From contig CAZSKP010000003.1 of assembly GCA_964607485.1 (NCBI GenBank), positions 134,622-198,621 on the forward strand: a stretch of DNA of 64,000 nt, written 5' to 3'. The notes below the pieces were generated by a model. The model had not been told where the DNA came from. It saw nothing but the letters and a program-made list of their open reading frames with translations, and searched no databases. Origin of the DNA: an uncultured bacterium (GTDB taxonomy: Bacteria > Abyssobacteria > SURF-5). Each line of letters opens with the position of its first letter. Position 1 is the stretch's first letter. This document shows, one piece after another, positions 37,151 to 47,409 of the stretch. Position numbers and translations under genes: made by a program.

Positions 37151-39075
37151 TGTTTCGCGCGCTTCTGTGGAAAGAATGGCGGGAGCTGTGGATATTGCCG
37201 GTGGCGGCTGCGCCGCTGACTGCCGTGATCCTCCTTCTCACACAACCAAGACAGCGACCTCTTGATCCAGAAACATGGATTCTGGCATTTGCCATGCTAT
37301 TGCTGCTGGCAGCGCTTTTTATTCCGACCATCCTCTATGCCCGTGGCAGAAATATCCATGACTCTCAGTTTCCCCTGCTCATACCCCTGGACAGGTTTCG
37401 GCGCTGGTGGTTCATGTTGATAATCGGCCTGTCGATTGTTGCCGCCGTCGGAGTGGTCCTCTACGGGACAACAACCGTTCTTACCCACTTCTATCGCAGG
37501 CTCCCCGCCTTTGAGCACAGGCTGACAGAGATGACTTTGACCGTCATCTGTATCGCTGTTTCTCTCTTCAGTTTCTCGGCATTCATCTCGGCCTTTTTCA
37601 AGAAGCAAGTGCCTGCAAGTGTTGCCGTCATGCTGGCCGTGTTCGTTTTGTGGGTGTCGTGGCTTATCGTTTCCGTCGGGGTCGAACCTGTTAAGACACT
37701 CGTTAAGACCTTTGAAAAAGACCCGAACTATTGGCGGGTCTGCTTCCTTGTGTTCTGCCCCGGCCTGCTGTTTGCTTCCATGGCGGTCTATGTGCGAAAG
37801 GACTTCCGAAAAAGAACCCGCCGGCGGGTGGCTCTCGGATACTCGGCGGCAGCGCTCGCCGCTCTCGTGCCGACCGCCGCCGGGGCAGCTTACCTTTCGA
37901 GGGGAATCATGGAAGCATTCAAACCCTCGCCCCCAAGAATCATGGGCATGGATATTTCCGGGGACGGAAACCGCATGGTATTTAACATTTCGCCCGGCAA
38001 GGTGCTCATTTCTGTGGACCTGATAAAGCGGCGGGCCTATCGCATTGACAAGGGAGGCTCTTTCGACGTTCGGATGAAAGATAGAGGCGACGCATTCGTA
38101 TATTCAAAAACAAAATCTATCCTTTCGTCCAAGGTAATCCTGTCGAATTTTGAGGGAACCCGCAAGAAAATTGTGTCCACGAATAGTTTTCTCTCTTATA
38201 TCTCTGTCGGCTTTTGGTCAAAGGATGGAGCGTATTTCGGAATGATAAATTCTGAAGGAATGCTAACTGGAGGAAGGAAAACAGTCGTTATATGCGATTC
38301 TACCGGAAAAATATTGGGTGAATATGAATTTCCAGCTCTCGAGGAGGCCTGGATTTTTCCGATAGGCTGGGACAACAAACAGAGATTCTATTTCTTTAAG
38401 AACCTCAACAAACGCGGCACGACTATCACAACTTACTGGCGCGTTAAGCCTGATGACATTGCGCCCGAACAAGTATCATTCTTACGTCAAGATCACTCCT
38501 ACTACATGTGGCTGTCTCCCGATGGAAGATGGGCTACTGGTTCGAGAAGACTTGACGATTCAGGAAAACGAGAGTTGTGGCTCTATGATATTGCACAAGA
38601 AACGAGCCTCCTTGTCTCCCAGAACTGGGCAAGCTTCAAGTGGTCTCACGATGGCGCAATATTCGCCTTTCTCGAAGACGTGGTCGAGCAAGACGATGAA
38701 GACGCGACCGAGGAACTCCCGCGTCGGCTGATACTCTACAGACCGGAGACGGGTGCGCGCACGTCGGTCTTGCTCGGAGACGCACTGGAAATCGATAGCA
38801 TCCAGTCATGGTCCCTGTCGAACGCTCACCTGCTTTTAATATCCAAAGGATACAAAAGAAGATATGTCTTTTCGATCGACACGAAGCTATTTCAGGAAAT
38901 TCCTCGCCCGAGCGACAAGTTCATCTATTTGCCGAAAGCTTGGATTGCGGATGAACGACTGCTGTGGATCGCAAAGACCGGACTGGTCGCCACGGAATAC
39001 GACGGCTCTAATCCAAAGGAAATCTTCAGGGTGGAAGGCGGCAAATTCTACTTTGACGGGAAGGAGAAGCCTTGA
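37150..39075 (+). CDS. ABC-2-type permease with C-terminal TolB-like beta-propeller
   Basis: RALLWKEWRE start, about 7 TM segments, then SGDGNR/WSKDG/SPDGRW/WSHDG repeats. Confidence 0.72.
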   Translation: MFRALLWKEWRELWILPVAAAPLTAVILLLTQPRQRPLDPETWILAFAMLLLLAALFIPTILYARGRNIHDSQFPLLIPLDRFRRWWFMLIIGLSIVAAVGVVLYGTTTVLTHFYRRLPAFEHRLTEMTLTVICIAVSLFSFSAFISAFFKKQVPASVAVMLAVFVLWVSWLIVSVGVEPVKTLVKTFEKDPNYWRVCFLVFCPGLLFASMAVYVRKDFRKRTRRRVALGYSAAALAALVPTAAGAAYLSRGIMEAFKPSPPRIMGMDISGDGNRMVFNISPGKVLISVDLIKRRAYRIDKGGSFDVRMKDRGDAFVYSKTKSILSSKVILSNFEGTRKKIVSTNSFLSYISVGFWSKDGAYFGMINSEGMLTGGRKTVVICDSTGKILGEYEFPALEEAWIFPIGWDNKQRFYFFKNLNKRGTTITTYWRVKPDDIAPEQVSFLRQDHSYYMWLSPDGRWATGSRRLDDSGKRELWLYDIAQETSLLVSQNWASFKWSHDGAIFAFLEDVVEQDDEDATEELPRRLILYRPETGARTSVLLGDALEIDSIQSWSLSNAHLLLISKGYKRRYVFSIDTKLFQEIPRPSDKFIYLPKAWIADERLLWIAKTGLVATEYDGSNPKEIFRVEGGKFYFDGKEKP

Positions 39076-41021
39076 CACGAGCCATCATCTGGAAGGAATG
39101 GAAACGGCTCAGAGGATTGCTTCTCGCGTTCTTGCTGGCTGCGATACTTATCCCTGCAATCCCCGGCCAACTCCTCCCAAATGAGGGTGAGACCGCCCAG
39201 ACTTTGATCCTTTTCATGTTCACGTTGTTCTGCCTTTTCAGTGGCATAATCTTCTATGAACAGAAAAGGCGCGGCACGATTCACTTCCTTCTCTCCAGGC
39301 CCGCGACAAAGCCTTATCTGTTCGTCACGCATTATCTGAGCTACGCGCTCATGCTTGCGGCCCTGCTTATCATTTCTCTTTCCGCGCATTACGTTCACAT
39401 GACTTTTCGATTTCCGCATTTCTCCCCGCTGGATATGTTGCTCGAGCCCGAACTGGTTATCGACCTTGCCCTCTGCCTGTTTTTTCTGTCACTTTCACTG
39501 TTCGTGGCCAATTCGGCTATCACCTTCGGCTCCACGACGGTCGGAATCGCTTTCATCATCATGCTTGTGCTGCCTTTCGTCTTTCACAAACAGGTGTCAT
39601 CCTTTGCCTCCAGCGTGCCTCCCCTGGGACCTCGCGAATCGCCCGTTACTTTTCTTTGGCTCCTCCTTTGCGGCGGCGTATTCCTCGGCGTATTGAGCCT
39701 GTGGGAAATCGCGTTTGACGAGTTGCGGGACGCGAAGAACGCAAGGTGGATTCGCGCGCTCGTTTCGGCTTCCGCTCTGTCTGTAATCATGATAGCGGTG
39801 GCGGCGCATCTGGTCGCTCGGGCGACGGTGAGCCCTTCCGAAAAAAGAATCCAGGAGGTCATCGCCACCGGTGTTGGGAAATATCCCGTCGCATGTGTCG
39901 TCTCGGATGGACGCAGGGAGAACGGTCTCGTCGTTGTCAAGGGGCCGCCGTATTTTTTGCGCGGAAAATTCATAGAAAGGAAGGGAAATGAGTCACCTGT
40001 TGTGAAGAGCGGGGACGCAGCCGGCCGATTCTTCGTGCCTGTGGTCGAAAGGAGGTATCAGGCGTCGCTTCTGAAATTCGCTTATTTTTCCGACAAACCC
40101 ATCCTTGGGCAGGAAATACGCGCCATGGGTGCAAACCTTTCGAGGGTGAATACGATCTCTCCCAAGCATTACTCCCGCAGGGAGTCCTTTGGTCCTCCAT
40201 TTCCTTCGCCCGACGGCGATAGGGTCGCATACCTCAAGACGAGTTCTTCCAGATTTGGGAAAGAGTCATCCGCAAGCCTCTGGATCACAAAATTATATTA
40301 CACGTCGGTAAGCGACTTTGTTGACTTGCCGAATGATGCCGAGAGTACCTTCGAACCCATAGGCTGGACGCCGGATGGATATGACTTCATGTTGAGAGAG
40401 AAGGGGCCGAAAGGACCGCGGATATGGGCCGTGGACTGGGTTGCGACCGGCATTCGTCCGTTCCTCGACGAATTCCCCGACGCGGTTATAACCGGACACG
40501 ACCTGCCGAAAGCAGGTGAATGGATGTCGCTGCTCAGGAAGGAAACACGCAGAGAGTGGGCCATGTGGCTGGTGAACTACCGCTCGGGCGAGAGCAAAAA
40601 GCTGGGCGCCTTCAAGCAGCCTCCCCTCAGGGCCTGGACGCCGTACGGCAATTGGTTTGCTTATTGGACGCCGGAGAGCGGACTCGTCACGTACAATGTA
40701 TCAGAAGACGCCCGGCAGCCGGCAGTGTGCCCGCACGCGCCTTCAATCCGACAAATGAAATGGTCTCCTCCGCCCGGGTCTTCCTTGGCAATTGTCGCAG
40801 TCGAGCCCGAAGAGCCACATGCGAAAGCGTACGTCGCGCTGTTCAACCCGACGAACTGCAGCGTCATCAAACTCATCGATGGTTTTGCCGCACCCGAAAA
40901 GAAATGGGGCTGGCTGAGCAGTCAGGCGATCGTCTATGCCGACGGCGGTGAGCTATGGCAGGTCGATCTCCTCGGCAAACGAACCCTCATCTCGTCCACC
41001 ATCGTATCATCCAAGAACTAG
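39072..41021 (+). CDS. Second ABC-2-type permease with C-terminal TolB-like beta-propeller
   Basis: RAIIWKEWK start, GTIHFLLSRP, TM segments, then SPDGDR/WTPDG/WTPYG/WSP repeats. Confidence 0.72.
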   Translation: MTRAIIWKEWKRLRGLLLAFLLAAILIPAIPGQLLPNEGETAQTLILFMFTLFCLFSGIIFYEQKRRGTIHFLLSRPATKPYLFVTHYLSYALMLAALLIISLSAHYVHMTFRFPHFSPLDMLLEPELVIDLALCLFFLSLSLFVANSAITFGSTTVGIAFIIMLVLPFVFHKQVSSFASSVPPLGPRESPVTFLWLLLCGGVFLGVLSLWEIAFDELRDAKNARWIRALVSASALSVIMIAVAAHLVARATVSPSEKRIQEVIATGVGKYPVACVVSDGRRENGLVVVKGPPYFLRGKFIERKGNESPVVKSGDAAGRFFVPVVERRYQASLLKFAYFSDKPILGQEIRAMGANLSRVNTISPKHYSRRESFGPPFPSPDGDRVAYLKTSSSRFGKESSASLWITKLYYTSVSDFVDLPNDAESTFEPIGWTPDGYDFMLREKGPKGPRIWAVDWVATGIRPFLDEFPDAVITGHDLPKAGEWMSLLRKETRREWAMWLVNYRSGESKKLGAFKQPPLRAWTPYGNWFAYWTPESGLVTYNVSEDARQPAVCPHAPSIRQMKWSPPPGSSLAIVAVEPEEPHAKAYVALFNPTNCSVIKLIDGFAAPEKKWGWLSSQAIVYADGGELWQVDLLGKRTLISSTIVSSKN

Positions 41022-41033
41022 TAACTTTTCGGC

Positions 41034-42683
41034 TCAGAAGATCTTCGGCTCTTCCCATTTGCCGTAAACGTCGCGCAGCACGTCGCAGATCTCACCCTTC
41101 GTGGCGAGCGAGCGGGCGCACTCGACGATTCTCGGCATGACGTTGTCGGACCCTCGGGCGGCATCGGCGAGGGCCTCGAGGCTGCGCCTCACTTTGTCGT
41201 TGTCCCGCCTCTCGCGAAGGTCGCGCAGGTGTTCCCTCTGCTCCCGCTCCACGCTCGGGTCGATTTTCAGCAGGGGTATCTCGACCTTTTCGTGCTCAAG
41301 GACAAGGTCGTTCACGCCGATGACTATTCGTTCGTTCGTCTCGATTTCGCGCTGATAGCGCTTGGCCGCCTCGGCGATCTCTCTCTGGAAGAAGCCGAGC
41401 TCGATGGCCTTTATCACTCCGCCCAGCTTCTCTACCTGTTCGAAATATTCGTATGCGCCGCGCTCCATCTTGTCGGTCAACGCCTCGACGCAATACGAGC
41501 CCGCCAGCGGGTCGATCGTGTTGGACACGCCCGATTCGTGCGCGATGAGCTGCTGCGTGCGGAGCGCTATCCTGACGGCTTTCTCCGTCGGGAGCGCGTA
41601 GGTTTCGTCCATCGAGTTGGTGTGGAGCGATTGCGTGCCTCCCATCACCGCCGCGAGCGCCTGGTAGGCGGTGCGCACGATGTTATTCTCGGGCTGTTGC
41701 GCGGTGAGGCTGCAGCCGGCCGTCTGCGTGTGGAACCGGAGGAGCCACGAGCGCGGGTCTTTGGCCTTGTACCTGTCGCGCATCTCCCTCGCCCAGATGC
41801 GTCTGGCGGCGCGGTACTTCGCGATTTCCTCGAAGAAGTCGTTGTGCGCGTTGAAGAAGAACGACAGCCGTGGAGCAAACGCATCGACGTCGAGGCCCGC
41901 CTTGATGCCCGCCTCGACGTAGGCGAAGCCGTCGGCAAGCGTGAACGCCAGCTCCTGGAGCGCGGTCGAGCCGGCCTCGCGGATGTGGTAGCCGCTGATG
42001 CTTATCGTGTTCCACTTGGGAACGTGGTCGGAGGCGAACGCCATGATGTCGGTGATGATGCGCATCGAGGGCGCCGGCGGCACGAGCCACGACTTCTGTG
42101 CGATGTATTCCTTGAGGATATCGTTCTGTATCGTTCCCCTCAGTTTCTCCGACGGCACCCCCTGCCTTTCGCCCACGGCGATGTAGAAGGCGAACAGCAC
42201 GGCGGCCGGGCCGTTGATGGTCATCGAGGTCGAGATCCTGTCGAGCGGTATTTCGTCGAACAGCAGGCTCATGTCCTCGACCGAATCGATCGCGACGCCG
42301 CAGATGCCCACCTCGCCCTCGGAGAACGGGTGGTCGGAGTCGTAGCCCATGAGCGTCGGCATGTCGAAGGCGACCGACAGGCCGGTCTGGCCGTGGTCGA
42401 TGAGGAAATGAAACCTCTCGTTCGTGTCGCGCGCGCTGCCCAGGCCCGCGAACTGGCGCATCGTCCAGAGCTGGCCGCGGTACATCGTGGGATACACGCC
42501 GCGCGTGAACGGAAACTGGCCCGGGTAGCCGAGGTCGCCCTCGTAATCGAAATCGGTCAAGTCGTCGGGCGAGTAAAGAGGATTCACCGTCTCGCCGGAG
42601 GCGGTGGTGAAGGTGGAATCGCGCTTCTTCTCGCGCGCGTACTGCTTCTCCCACTTCGCGCGCCCGTCACGTTCTGTTGTCAT
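41034..42683 (-). CDS. icmA: Acyl-CoA mutase large subunit, isobutyryl-CoA mutase type
   Basis: WTMRQFAG (Phe) and KEYIAQK (Gln) at the two specificity positions; SGYHIREAG and QSLHTNS intact. Confidence 0.8.
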   Translation of the reverse strand: MTTERDGRAKWEKQYAREKKRDSTFTTASGETVNPLYSPDDLTDFDYEGDLGYPGQFPFTRGVYPTMYRGQLWTMRQFAGLGSARDTNERFHFLIDHGQTGLSVAFDMPTLMGYDSDHPFSEGEVGICGVAIDSVEDMSLLFDEIPLDRISTSMTINGPAAVLFAFYIAVGERQGVPSEKLRGTIQNDILKEYIAQKSWLVPPAPSMRIITDIMAFASDHVPKWNTISISGYHIREAGSTALQELAFTLADGFAYVEAGIKAGLDVDAFAPRLSFFFNAHNDFFEEIAKYRAARRIWAREMRDRYKAKDPRSWLLRFHTQTAGCSLTAQQPENNIVRTAYQALAAVMGGTQSLHTNSMDETYALPTEKAVRIALRTQQLIAHESGVSNTIDPLAGSYCVEALTDKMERGAYEYFEQVEKLGGVIKAIELGFFQREIAEAAKRYQREIETNERIVIGVNDLVLEHEKVEIPLLKIDPSVEREQREHLRDLRERRDNDKVRRSLEALADAARGSDNVMPRIVECARSLATKGEICDVLRDVYGKWEEPKIF

Positions 42684-43523
42684 GGATGTGACTCCTCAAT
42701 CAACATCTTGCTTGGAAGGATGCAAAGCCTGGGCGGTTCACGAGCCGCCCGTGCGATAATCACGTGTCCGCTTACTGCATTATAGCATCGGGCACAAGCG
42801 GATGTCTAACCTGCTTGGCCAGTGTAATGACGTAATATACCCACGCCTTGTTTGCGCTGGGTGTGAGGGAGGTGTGTTGGGTTTTCTTCTATCGAGAGGC
42901 TCAAGAGAAAAGAATCAGAGATTTGTGACTTCTTATTGTCGCAACCCTGGCAACAGGCGCGTCATTTGCGCTACAACTTCTCTATTCTTCCGCAAGTCAC
43001 CAATCGAGAAAGACAGGCAAACGGAATGAGAACGTCGATAATCCTATCGCTTTCAGAGAGTCAACAGATCGTTTTCTCGGCTGCCCCGTCCAACGGTGCC
43101 AATGTCGCGCTCCGGCTGCCCCCTCAGAAATTCAAGAATGCCCTCGGCTCTCATCAAAGCCTGACTCGTCTCTGCCGGGTGATTCTGAATTGCCTTGTTG
43201 AAATATGTTTGACGAATTGTCAATTATGTGATTAAATGTTTATTACATCACATCAGACCTCACTCGATGCGTTCCCTTGAACGACATGCCTACCTGAGAG
43301 AAGAGAGGGCGCACGCGGCTTTCAAGTGCCGCAGAACATATGGCATCACCGCGTTCATAACGCATACCCATGTCCTCTGAAGCATCTGGCAATATTTCGC
43401 ACGCGTTGCATTTACTGGTGCCTGACAGGCCAAACAACATTACCGCTTCCTTTTCTGACAATCCATTGTTATCAAACCGAGGGCGTTAGGCAAAGGCGAA
43501 GGAAAGAAGGGGAGGCATGAAGC

Positions 43524-44048
43524 ATGCGGTCGGCGGGAGACAGGAACAAGATGAAGTTGGCTCTCGATCTCGGAGAAGAAATTTCGCTGGATAAATTCGA
43601 GGTTTTTAGAGGATTGAGCGGATCGGACATCGGGCGTATTGTCGATGCGGGCGTCATACGATCCGTTGGCGGCGGGAAATTGCTGTTTCGGAAGGGCGAA
43701 ATAGGCAAGAACGTGTTTCTTATCCTGAAGGGAAAGGTTCAGCTTGTGGACGAATACGATACTCACAAAAAAGTTCTTGCCGAATTGGGTCCGGGTGAGT
43801 TCTTTGGGGAGATGTCGATGGTCGAGAAAGTCCATACACACTCGCTTCATGCCGTCGTGAAAGAGCCATCGCAAATTCTCGTGCTAAGGAATCATATCTT
43901 AGATAAACTGATTGATGATAAACTGCCCAAGCGCTTTCTTAAGAATATTATCGGCGTGCTCTGCAATCGAATTCACGCAAACAAAGACATGTATATGCGT
44001 GCCAGATACTACGATAAATCCTCAAGAGAAGTGAAATGGCAGGGTTGA
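43524..44048 (+). CDS. Cyclic nucleotide-binding (Crp-like) domain protein, no clear HTH
   Basis: LFRKGE...FLILKGKV...LGPGEFFGEMS. Confidence 0.8.
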   Translation: MRSAGDRNKMKLALDLGEEISLDKFEVFRGLSGSDIGRIVDAGVIRSVGGGKLLFRKGEIGKNVFLILKGKVQLVDEYDTHKKVLAELGPGEFFGEMSMVEKVHTHSLHAVVKEPSQILVLRNHILDKLIDDKLPKRFLKNIIGVLCNRIHANKDMYMRARYYDKSSREVKWQG

Positions 44049-44199
44049 GAAGCTAAGGCTCCTTTTCTCAAGCCTGAACCTCTCGAACGACGAATTAACC
44101 CGGCAAAACCTTTAGTGGGAAGGAAGGGTAGCGGCGGGGTTGGGCTTGGGAACGAGGGGAAAAGAAATCTTGCCTTCTCTGCGCCCCGGCAGGTGAATA

Positions 44200-44697
44200 T
44201 CAGTTCCCCATATCTGCCGAGATGGCCACTATCAATTTGCCCGTGTGGTAGTCGTATCCGCCAATGACGATCGTGCCGCCTTTGACTATTCTGAACTCCG
44301 TGTCCAGGACGTTTCGCTCGGGCCCGCGCATCGGCTTCTCGATTATCTTGACCTTGAGCTTTATCCGGCCATCCTCGCGCCCGCGCGCATACAGTTTCAA
44401 TTCGCGCAGGCCGGGCAGAGCTATCTTTTCGTCGCTGCCGACGCGTACCTTTTTAGGGATTCTCGAGACAAGCCTGTACGTGGAATAGCGGAAAGGACCC
44501 TGAAACTGTTTGACGATGTCCCTTATTTCGGGATCGACTCCCGGGACGCCGTCCGATGCCTCGATCAGGTACACGACAATTCGCATGCTGCCGTCGCGAC
44601 CGTTATTCTGAGCCGACGCTTTAGGGCTGACCGAGAAGAGGACACACAAAACCATTGCAAGAGCGACGAAGGCTTTCCACACGGAGGTGTTCGTCAT
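44200..44697 (-). CDS. Secreted hypothetical protein in the ECF operon
   Basis: Signal peptide ending ASA|Q; overlaps the anti-sigma stop. Confidence 0.65.
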   Translation of the reverse strand: MTNTSVWKAFVALAMVLCVLFSVSPKASAQNNGRDGSMRIVVYLIEASDGVPGVDPEIRDIVKQFQGPFRYSTYRLVSRIPKKVRVGSDEKIALPGLRELKLYARGREDGRIKLKVKIIEKPMRGPERNVLDTEFRIVKGGTIVIGGYDYHTGKLIVAISADMGN

Positions 44698-45221
44698 AGA
44701 GTCACTCCTTTATCCCCTTTCGCTTTCCCGGCGTCCTGCTCCGTCACCCAGATGACTTTCATCTTGGTATCGCCGACCTCGTACACCATGACGCAGTCGT
44801 CCGCCGCATCCACGCTGTCTATTATACAATCGTTCGCCGCCACTATCGGCGCCTGATTTCCCGGCAGATAGGCAAGGACCAAAACGAGCGCGACCGCCAC
44901 GATTCCGACCGCCGCCCACGCGGGCTTCGGCAGCCAGAATATCCTCGCAAGCTTTTCTCTGAAAGGCGCCGGTTCGGGCGCGGCGGGTTCCTCGATGGCG
45001 GCACACACCCGCCCCCACACAGCGGAGAGGTCCTCCGAGCCTGCGAGTTCCTCGCAATGGGCCTTGAGCATCCGGCCCATTCGTTCGAGCTTTTCGAGCT
45101 CGCTCGAGCAATTTTCGCATCCACGCAGATGTTCGCTCACGGCCTCCAGCTTTTTGCCGCGAAGCTCGTGGTCGTAGAATCTGTCGAGCAACTCTCTCAC
45201 TTTTTCGCAGCGGATGGTCAT
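44694..45221 (-). CDS. zf-HC2 anti-sigma factor
   Basis: CEKVRELL...HLRGCENC, followed by a TM helix. Confidence 0.85.
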   Translation of the reverse strand: MTIRCEKVRELLDRFYDHELRGKKLEAVSEHLRGCENCSSELEKLERMGRMLKAHCEELAGSEDLSAVWGRVCAAIEEPAAPEPAPFREKLARIFWLPKPAWAAVGIVAVALVLVLAYLPGNQAPIVAANDCIIDSVDAADDCVMVYEVGDTKMKVIWVTEQDAGKAKGDKGVTL

Positions 45222-45261
45222 CTTCTTTAACATCTCCTTCAGTCGAATATCCCGGAGCTTC

Positions 45262-45831
45262 TCAATCCAGGTGCGGCCCCAGCAGCTCCTGCAATTTCTT
45301 CCGGCCATAGTGAAGCCGCGACATCACCGTCCCCTCGGAGCAGCGCATCACCTTGGCGATTTCCTTGTAGGAAAGTCCTTCGACTTCCCGAAGCACGATC
45401 GCCGTGCGCTGGTCGGGAGGCAGCTTCTGTATGGCGTCGTCGATGAGGCCGCCGAGTTCCTTTCTCATCAGTTGATCCGAAGGGCTCTCCGAGGACGGAG
45501 CCACCGGATACTCCCCCTTCTCCTCTTCCGGCTCGATTTCTTCACGAAGCTCGACCTCATCGCGCCGGCCCGCCTTCCTCGCAAGGTCTATGGCCGCGTT
45601 GAATGTAATCCTGTAGAGCCACGTATAGAGGCTTGCCTGGCCCTTGAACCTGGCCAGCGAGCGGTACGCCTTGACAAACGCCTCCTGGACGGCGTCGAGC
45701 GCATCCTCACGGTTCCCCAGCACTCCGTACGCCACTCCATACATCCTCCGCTGGTATTTCTCGACCAACGCCTGAAACGCCGCCCGCTCGCCCCGTCGAA
45801 TCTGCTCTATCAGTTCCTCGTCAGAGGGCAT
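45262..45831 (-). CDS. ECF RNA polymerase sigma factor (RpoE-like)
   Basis: DAVQEAFVKAY..L..F.G...YTWLYRI; LREVEGLSYKEIA...GTVMSRL. Confidence 0.93.
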   Translation of the reverse strand: MPSDEELIEQIRRGERAAFQALVEKYQRRMYGVAYGVLGNREDALDAVQEAFVKAYRSLARFKGQASLYTWLYRITFNAAIDLARKAGRRDEVELREEIEPEEEKGEYPVAPSSESPSDQLMRKELGGLIDDAIQKLPPDQRTAIVLREVEGLSYKEIAKVMRCSEGTVMSRLHYGRKKLQELLGPHLD

Positions 45832-46171
45832 GCGCTTGCCTGGCTCCTAAGAATTAGACGCCTCCAATGGGCGAATATTCAACAAATTTCAGCAAAAATC
45901 GCGACCAGCGGAGGACGAAAACCTTCCCAATTTCTGCCTCTACAGTTCCGATTTACGGACGCGGCCGGCAGGGCAACGAGTTGGCCCCTGAGCGTGAGAA
46001 ATACGACAAAACCGAGATCCGCGATTCAATATAATCATTTATTTGTCAATATGTTACGAAGTTTTCGCCGGGGCGGAGCATACTTCACCCCCACGTCAGA
46101 TGCTCCATGGGCAGCCAGATTCCAAGGGCCTGCTGCCGAACGGAAGCCCCCCTTGACAACCTTATCAGAAA

Positions 46172-46276
46172 TGTCATTCTGAGGAGCGAAGGGTCGCACC
46201 CCGCGACGAAGAATCTCTATTTTCGGGCGAATTTATGTCCGTCATCAGGAGATTCTTCGCTTCGCTCAGAATGACA
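46172..46276. repeat. REP-like palindrome, family A
   Basis: TGTCATTCTGAG...GAAGAATCTC / GAGATTCTTCGCTTCGCTCAGAATGACA. Confidence 0.82.
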
Positions 46277-46337
46277 AATAGGCAATTGCCGCTTGGGCAA
46301 TAGGTCGGCAAGACACAAATTCGGCGTTGAAAAGGCA

Positions 46338-47060
46338 TTAATTTTCCGGAGCGGAATGCTTGAGGGCCGAAGCGACCTCCCTGGGCACCTCTGCCTTGCC
46401 TTCCTTGTCGAAGACAATCAATTGACGGCTCAGCAGCGAATCGAGCACCTTGGGGGTCGCGCCAAAGCTGGTGAAGGAATGCTTCTCAAAGAATCTCGGG
46501 TCCTGCGAGAGTTTGAGCAGGACGGCATATTCGATGTCGCTGAGGGCGGACAGCTTGCGGGAGACGTCCGGGCCCTGGAAATTGAAGTTGAGCTGTTCGT
46601 TCAGCCTGCCCAGCGTTTTCTCGAGCGCCTTTATCTTGTTCTCTGTCTCGGTGATGCTATCGACAATCCTGTTGACATTCCTCGAGGATGCCTCCGATTG
46701 AGGCCTGGTTGAGCGGCGATCCCTCACCCTGGCCACCTCGGTCTCATGGGCGAGAAAATCTTTCAGGTCATAGATGAGCTCCACCACTTTCCGATGAAGC
46801 TCGGTCGTCGTCGCCGTTATCTCGCGGCTCAGGCGGACGGTGTCCAGGTAATACCGATGCGATTGCCAGAGCGTGAATCCGGAGACGACGAGTATGCAGA
46901 CGCTCAGCAGAAACGATACGAGAAGCAGAGATGTGGCGAGGTTTGTCTGGTCGGCGACCTGCGCCGAAGCGGCGGAACACGGGACGAGAGTCACGACAAG
47001 AGCCAGGAGAATGGCTATGAAGAGTGTCTTCGCAGCGCCAGCCCGCTCCGGTCGAAGCAT
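46338..47060 (-). CDS. Hypothetical membrane protein (signal/TM, coiled coil, possible winged helix)
   Basis: Start re-called at ATG 47060 with GGAG RBS; two hydrophobic segments; heptad-rich middle. Confidence 0.6.
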   Translation of the reverse strand: MLRPERAGAAKTLFIAILLALVVTLVPCSAASAQVADQTNLATSLLLVSFLLSVCILVVSGFTLWQSHRYYLDTVRLSREITATTTELHRKVVELIYDLKDFLAHETEVARVRDRRSTRPQSEASSRNVNRIVDSITETENKIKALEKTLGRLNEQLNFNFQGPDVSRKLSALSDIEYAVLLKLSQDPRFFEKHSFTSFGATPKVLDSLLSRQLIVFDKEGKAEVPREVASALKHSAPEN

Positions 47061-47204
47061 TATCCACTCCCCGCTCAGAAGATAGAGACCCACGAATGCC
47101 CGTTGAGTCATATCATTATACAGCCTGCCCCAAGCACTGTCAAACGCAAATCTTGGGAAGAGTTTCGTCATTTTCTCTGCCCCCATTCTTCCGTTACGAA
47201 TGGA

Positions 47205-47279
47205 TGTCATGCTGAGCGCAGCGAAGCATCTCGTTCTGGGCCGACGCAACAGAGATTCTTCGCTTCGCTCAGAATGACA
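47205..47279. repeat. REP-like palindrome, family A
   Basis: TGTCATGCTGAGCGCAGCGAAGCATCTC / GAGATTCTTCGCTTCGCTCAGAATGACA. Confidence 0.82.
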
Positions 47280-47409
47280 ACTGTTATCTGCTCCCGGTAG
47301 CTAGCCCGGCACAAGGCGGCTGGCATCTGACCTGCGAATGATATATACTCCGGTAAGGAGCGTTATGGGAATTCCCGCGTCATCCGCACACCATTTCAAC
47401 GAGGGTCTC

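Noticed and set aside
43386-43401. sigma54 promoter upstream of the cNMP-domain gene
   Set aside because: GG-GC spacing is 9 rather than the required 10.
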